DNA from: a virus
Virus record (IMG/VR): IMGVR_UViG_3300035670_000040
Coordinates: 32,001 to 96,000 of that record
Length of the DNA stretch: 64,000 nt
Strand: one strand, 5' to 3'
Made by a program: the position numbers and the translations under genes. The notes beneath the pieces were generated by a model. That model was not told where the DNA came from and searched no databases. It saw nothing but the letters and a program-made list of their open reading frames with translations. Every line of letters starts with the position of its first letter. Within the stretch, counting starts at the first letter, position 1. Positions 59,818 through 64,000 of this stretch are shown here, one piece after another.

Positions 59818-61662
59818 TTATAAATAAAGAGGCATTTTATATATAGTTCCATTAACTTCAATATCTATCCAAGAAACGGGAGTTGTTATATCAATTGGAG
59901 CAGTCGATTCAAATTTATATTTTAATTTTCCTTCTATTTCGATATCACCTGATGCAGAAATTTGATTAACAAATGCATTTTGTGTTGTTATATTATCTGA
60001 TATTATACTTGAAGCAAAAAACTCTGGAACATTAGCAGAAAGACCATCTAAAATATTTAAGTTTTTAATTGTAGTTATGGCACTACTATTTCCTATAAAA
60101 GTATTTGTGGTTGATAATGAATCTGTGTTTATATAAACGGAATTACCTTTAATGTATAGCTCATTATTACCATTACCTATAAACAAATGACCGGAATAGT
60201 CTTCATTATTTATATATGTATTTTTCTCTACACCATCATTTTGATTATTAATTTGTAAAATAACACCATTTATTTTTGTTGAGGTTTGATCCCCACCTAA
60301 ATTTATATTTCCACCAGATAATGTTGTAATATTAATATCATTAGTAGAATTCAAATTTAAATTAGAACTTTTTATATTAAATAAAAAGTTATCATTTCCT
60401 AAATTTATTATATCATCGATTAAATTTATATTTTGAGCTTCGACTAATTGTAATACCTTATATTGAAAACTTGTTATTTGTGGATTTAAACTGTTTACAT
60501 TTAATCCACTAAAAACAACTGTATTATTAAACAAAATGTCATCTATAGTACCTGTTAATGATTCATAATCAGTAAAATTAATATATATATAATCACTGGT
60601 TAATAAAGAATTTACAGAAAAAATGTTTGAATTTATTTCAGTTTTATTTAAATTATTTCCTATATATACAATACCTGTGTTATCATTTGTATTGATATAT
60701 GTATTATCAATACCACCAGAATTTATATTTATAGCACCATCAATATAGTTAACACCACTTACCAAGTTTGTTCCTAAAATAACATTAGTAGAATTTTCAT
60801 TTCCTATTGAAATACTGTATAAATCTGTAGGATTTGTATTTAAAGAAATATTTCCAGATGATGAAATTTCTTTTGTAAAAAGATATCCATTTATAAAAAC
60901 ATCTGAATCAGAATTACCAATTACAGTACTAACACCTGAATATAATGTATTTAAAGTTATGTTACCATTTATATCAATGTTTGAAGAAGAATTTCCAAAA
61001 TTAATTAATGAATAATCATTAACACCTAAATTAACAAAATTATTAACGTATAAATAATTGGTTTTTAAATCATTCGAACTAGCTGTTTCTATAATTGAAC
61101 TTGGAGAATATATTATAGAATTGGAACTTATGTTTCCATTTACAGTTAATGATTCATTTGGTGTTAATGTTTTTATTCCAACATTTCCAGCCCTAACAGA
61201 TTCACCATCAATGTGCAAAGATATGTTTGTTCCATCATAAAACTGAGCTATAGGGAAATCTAAAGTTTGCTCTACTTTTAAAAGAACACCTGAAGCACCA
61301 CTTAAAAACATTGAAGATGTTTTTATAACATCTGTATTAATGGATGTAATACCACTTAATGCACTTAAAGAACCATTTATTAACACATTTCCATCAACAT
61401 AAAGTTTGTGTCCAGTGTTTTCAAATATTTGACCAACGTTTAAAAAATTCTGAATAATAGCCGAATTAACTACATTCAAAGTGTTTATAGAAGATTCTTG
61501 GTTTTCAAAATCAACATAGTTGAAAATTTCTTTTAAGGTAGTTGCTCTTGTTTCGAAACCTTCGTTTTCGTCTCCTATTACAACCGGAAAAAGATTACTC
61601 GATATAAGAGGTTGAACGGTTTGATCTAAATGTCTAATTTCTATTGGTAAAAAATCACTCAT
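59818..61662 (-). CDS. Tail-fibre-like beta-repeat protein
   Basis: N/I/S/G-rich; GNVGIKTLTPNESLTVNGNISS matches repeats of the 1793-aa fibre; ends WIDIEVNGTIYKMPLY. Confidence 0.72.
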   Translation of the reverse strand: MSDFLPIEIRHLDQTVQPLISSNLFPVVIGDENEGFETRATTLKEIFNYVDFENQESSINTLNVVNSAIIQNFLNVGQIFENTGHKLYVDGNVLINGSLSALSGITSINTDVIKTSSMFLSGASGVLLKVEQTLDFPIAQFYDGTNISLHIDGESVRAGNVGIKTLTPNESLTVNGNISSNSIIYSPSSIIETASSNDLKTNYLYVNNFVNLGVNDYSLINFGNSSSNIDINGNITLNTLYSGVSTVIGNSDSDVFINGYLFTKEISSSGNISLNTNPTDLYSISIGNENSTNVILGTNLVSGVNYIDGAININSGGIDNTYINTNDNTGIVYIGNNLNKTEINSNIFSVNSLLTSDYIYINFTDYESLTGTIDDILFNNTVVFSGLNVNSLNPQITSFQYKVLQLVEAQNINLIDDIINLGNDNFLFNIKSSNLNLNSTNDINITTLSGGNINLGGDQTSTKINGVILQINNQNDGVEKNTYINNEDYSGHLFIGNGNNELYIKGNSVYINTDSLSTTNTFIGNSSAITTIKNLNILDGLSANVPEFFASSIISDNITTQNAFVNQISASGDIEIEGKLKYKFESTAPIDITTPVSWIDIEVNGTIYKMPLYL

Positions 61663-64000
61663 ATTGTAAGCAGATAATTATTGTGTGTTGATATTGCATT
61701 ATAGGTTGAAATGGTTTCGGTTTCTGATGTAATTGTATTTATCTTGGAAATAAGAATTTCATATACTGGTTTATCTTCATTCCCTATTGCTATTTGATAA
61801 ACACTACCCCATAAATCTCTTTCACCAGTATATTCGGAAGAGCTATAGTTACTAAATGTATAAGGAGTAATTTTTGTTGAAACCAAAGCAGATGCTGTTA
61901 ATACTAAAGTACCCACTTCATAATCATTTATGGTTAATGGTACAAAAGCATCACCAACATTTAAATTAAATAAATCTATATATTCATTTGATGTTGCTGG
62001 AACCACAGTAGAAACAGTCCAATATAATGAACTTAATTCATAAACAACACTCGATTCATTGAATTGTATTAGATTAGGAGCATTTACAGGATCAACTTCT
62101 ATTATTTGTTTTACTCTTAATGTTCTTTTTTGATCCAAATCGAAGTTAGAAACTTCTGGATAAAATCTAAACTTAACAGGTTCATAATCATAAAGTCTAG
62201 GATTATAGTTTGCATAATTTCCTGTAACAAAACCTTCGTCATCATATTCTCTTAAATGGGTTTTAGCTGTTATTGGGTAGTTAAAAACACTTATTTCTGT
62301 TGAACTTAATTCATTTAATCCATAATACGAAACACCACCAGTTGATGGAAAAAATCTATTAAAAGCTGTAACATAAACAGTCATACCCCCCTCAGTATAC
62401 ATATCAGGATAGCAAGGTATTTTAAAATCTTTTATTTTTATATCATTTGCATCTAAAGAATATTGATCAGGAGTTTCTATGATTTGTTCATCTAAAAAAA
62501 CTTGTTCTTCATTTCCTACAGAAAATAAAATTTGAATAGGATCAGTTGGTTCTATATCTAAGTTTTGTGTATCGGTAATAATAATTCCAAATTCTTGGCA
62601 TGACAATCTATTACCATATGTTTTTCCTGTTAAAAAATATTGATACGTAGTATCATATCCATCTAAAACAGTAACAAATTTTTCAGTCTTTTTTGACCAT
62701 GCTTCTCCTAAAGTATTATACCTCCACTTGGGAATCCATATATGTTTAGGTATTACAAAAATATCAGGATATGTTGTAAATTCTGATTCAGATGTAATAA
62801 CTATCTTTCCTTTTGTTTCAAAATCATAAAGATTGTTCCAATTTAAAATTGAAACATTCTCCGCTTTCAATGTTACATCTGTTTCAAAATATGCTTCTTT
62901 TTGTATATATTGTTCTAATAATGTATATTCAAAAGATGTTGTTTTGTTTGTTGTTGTATAAAAATCTAATAAATTTGAATTTGATACTATATTTACAGAG
63001 CTAAAATCAGTTACAGTTGTTTGATCATCGGAAATTAAAATATTTTGACCAGACAACCAAAAGTCGGCTATATATAAAATATATTCAGAAGTAAACAAAT
63101 CTCCATCAATTATTTCATCAACATTTATAGATGATGTATATAAATTGTATTTGTATAAATTATTTATTTCTTGTAAAAATGAATAATCACTCTCTTGAAA
63201 GAAAGCTGATGTATAAAAAGATGTACTGGTTACAAATAAAGAGGTAGCTAATGGTGTTAAATTTTCTATAGAAGAAATTGATATTAATGTTGATGTAAGT
63301 GCTGTTAATCTATCAAAACTCAAATATGAACAAAGTAAATTTACATCTGTTTGTGTTAAAATAGTTGAAGTTAATCCGTTTATATACTCAAGATTTTTAT
63401 ATGTATTTTCTTCATAGTAATATGAATTTAAATCTTTAAAAATTACGGAATTATAAGATCCACTTGAATCAGGTGTTAATGTTCGCGTTTCATTTATATA
63501 ATAATAGGAATTTAAAGCAGAAATTGGTGAAATTTTTGTTTCAAATATCCACTTCAAAGATGAGATAGAAGTATTTAATGAATTTAAACCTAAAGCATTA
63601 AATGCAAAATAATTTGTTCCATTTGGTGGTCTTGTGAAGGAATTTAAATTATCATTTGTATTTAATATGGAAACAGTTTCAAAATTTGGATAATATACTG
63701 AAAAATTTGTACCGAAAATTATAGGATTTGGATATGTGTTTAGTTGAATTGTTTTATTACCATTAAAAATTTCACCTAAATCATATAATTCAACAGAAAC
63801 ATTAAAAGGTATTGTTTCTTCTGTTAGTGTATAATCAGTTTCTACTAAAAAATAAATACTGCTTATTAAATCTGAATAAGATGTTGTATTTTCTTCATAT
63901 ATAGAAAAATTAAAAACTTCGTTTAGACTAAAAAATTCTTCTAAACTATTAATTGTTAGTTCTGGAGGAACTATAAAAGCTGTTACAGGAGTAATATCTT
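61659..64000 (-). CDS. Large acidic S/T-rich virion protein; 5'-truncated
   Basis: Frame stays open from the track start (TTG at 63557) to the window end when read codon by codon. Confidence 0.7.
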   Translation of the reverse strand, partial: DITPVTAFIVPPELTINSLEEFFSLNEVFNFSIYEENTTSYSDLISSIYFLVETDYTLTEETIPFNVSVELYDLGEIFNGNKTIQLNTYPNPIIFGTNFSVYYPNFETVSILNTNDNLNSFTRPPNGTNYFAFNALGLNSLNTSISSLKWIFETKISPISALNSYYYINETRTLTPDSSGSYNSVIFKDLNSYYYEENTYKNLEYINGLTSTILTQTDVNLLCSYLSFDRLTALTSTLISISSIENLTPLATSLFVTSTSFYTSAFFQESDYSFLQEINNLYKYNLYTSSINVDEIIDGDLFTSEYILYIADFWLSGQNILISDDQTTVTDFSSVNIVSNSNLLDFYTTTNKTTSFEYTLLEQYIQKEAYFETDVTLKAENVSILNWNNLYDFETKGKIVITSESEFTTYPDIFVIPKHIWIPKWRYNTLGEAWSKKTEKFVTVLDGYDTTYQYFLTGKTYGNRLSCQEFGIIITDTQNLDIEPTDPIQILFSVGNEEQVFLDEQIIETPDQYSLDANDIKIKDFKIPCYPDMYTEGGMTVYVTAFNRFFPSTGGVSYYGLNELSSTEISVFNYPITAKTHLREYDDEGFVTGNYANYNPRLYDYEPVKFRFYPEVSNFDLDQKRTLRVKQIIEVDPVNAPNLIQFNESSVVYELSSLYWTVSTVVPATSNEYIDLFNLNVGDAFVPLTINDYEVGTLVLTASALVSTKITPYTFSNYSSSEYTGERDLWGSVYQIAIGNEDKPVYEILISKINTITSETETISTYNAISTHNNYLLTI

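Noticed and set aside
1-64000. Stop-codon reassignment, introns or inteins
   Set aside because: Core genes (gp43, gp41, gp46, UvsW, gp61) are full-length, uninterrupted and of normal size in the standard code.
1-64000. tRNA, rRNA, CRISPR array or IS element
   Set aside because: Intergenic gaps are under about 100 nt, with no cloverleaf, spaced repeats or transposase seen by eye.

Overview
Very AT-rich, densely coding segment of a large T4-like (myovirus) dsDNA phage genome read in the standard code; both edge CDSs are truncated. Left to right: C-terminal part of a gp5-like spike; a minus-strand replication/recombination block (gp45 clamp, divergent FolE2, gp32, DHH phosphoesterase, gp41, UvsX, gp43, a GT-B glycosyltransferase, gp46, gp47, gp55, UvsW, UvsY) in which gp47 and gp46 are split by an 11-gene, ~9.2 kb sugar-nucleotide/glycosyltransferase island (Gmd, sugar C-methyltransferase, FkbM, GT2-, GT9- and GT-B-like enzymes, DUF5672, DUF4254); an Hjc-like resolvase; a lysis cassette with a probable unimolecular spanin; a 1793-aa tail fibre with an S74 chaperone; a mixed block (P-loop kinase, gp61 primase, GT2-like, DUF366-like, gp62, GroES, DinG-like helicase, gp15); and a minus-strand virion/baseplate accessory block. 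Best leads: the glycan island plus the polymerase-linked GT (phage glycosylation system of unknown target), a FolE2 with a remodelled active site together with a DUF366-like gene, a family of acidic late proteins with L/I-x-E leaders, and three paralogous structural proteins with swappable Cys-rich inserts. All family calls come from motif recognition by eye, not from database searches.
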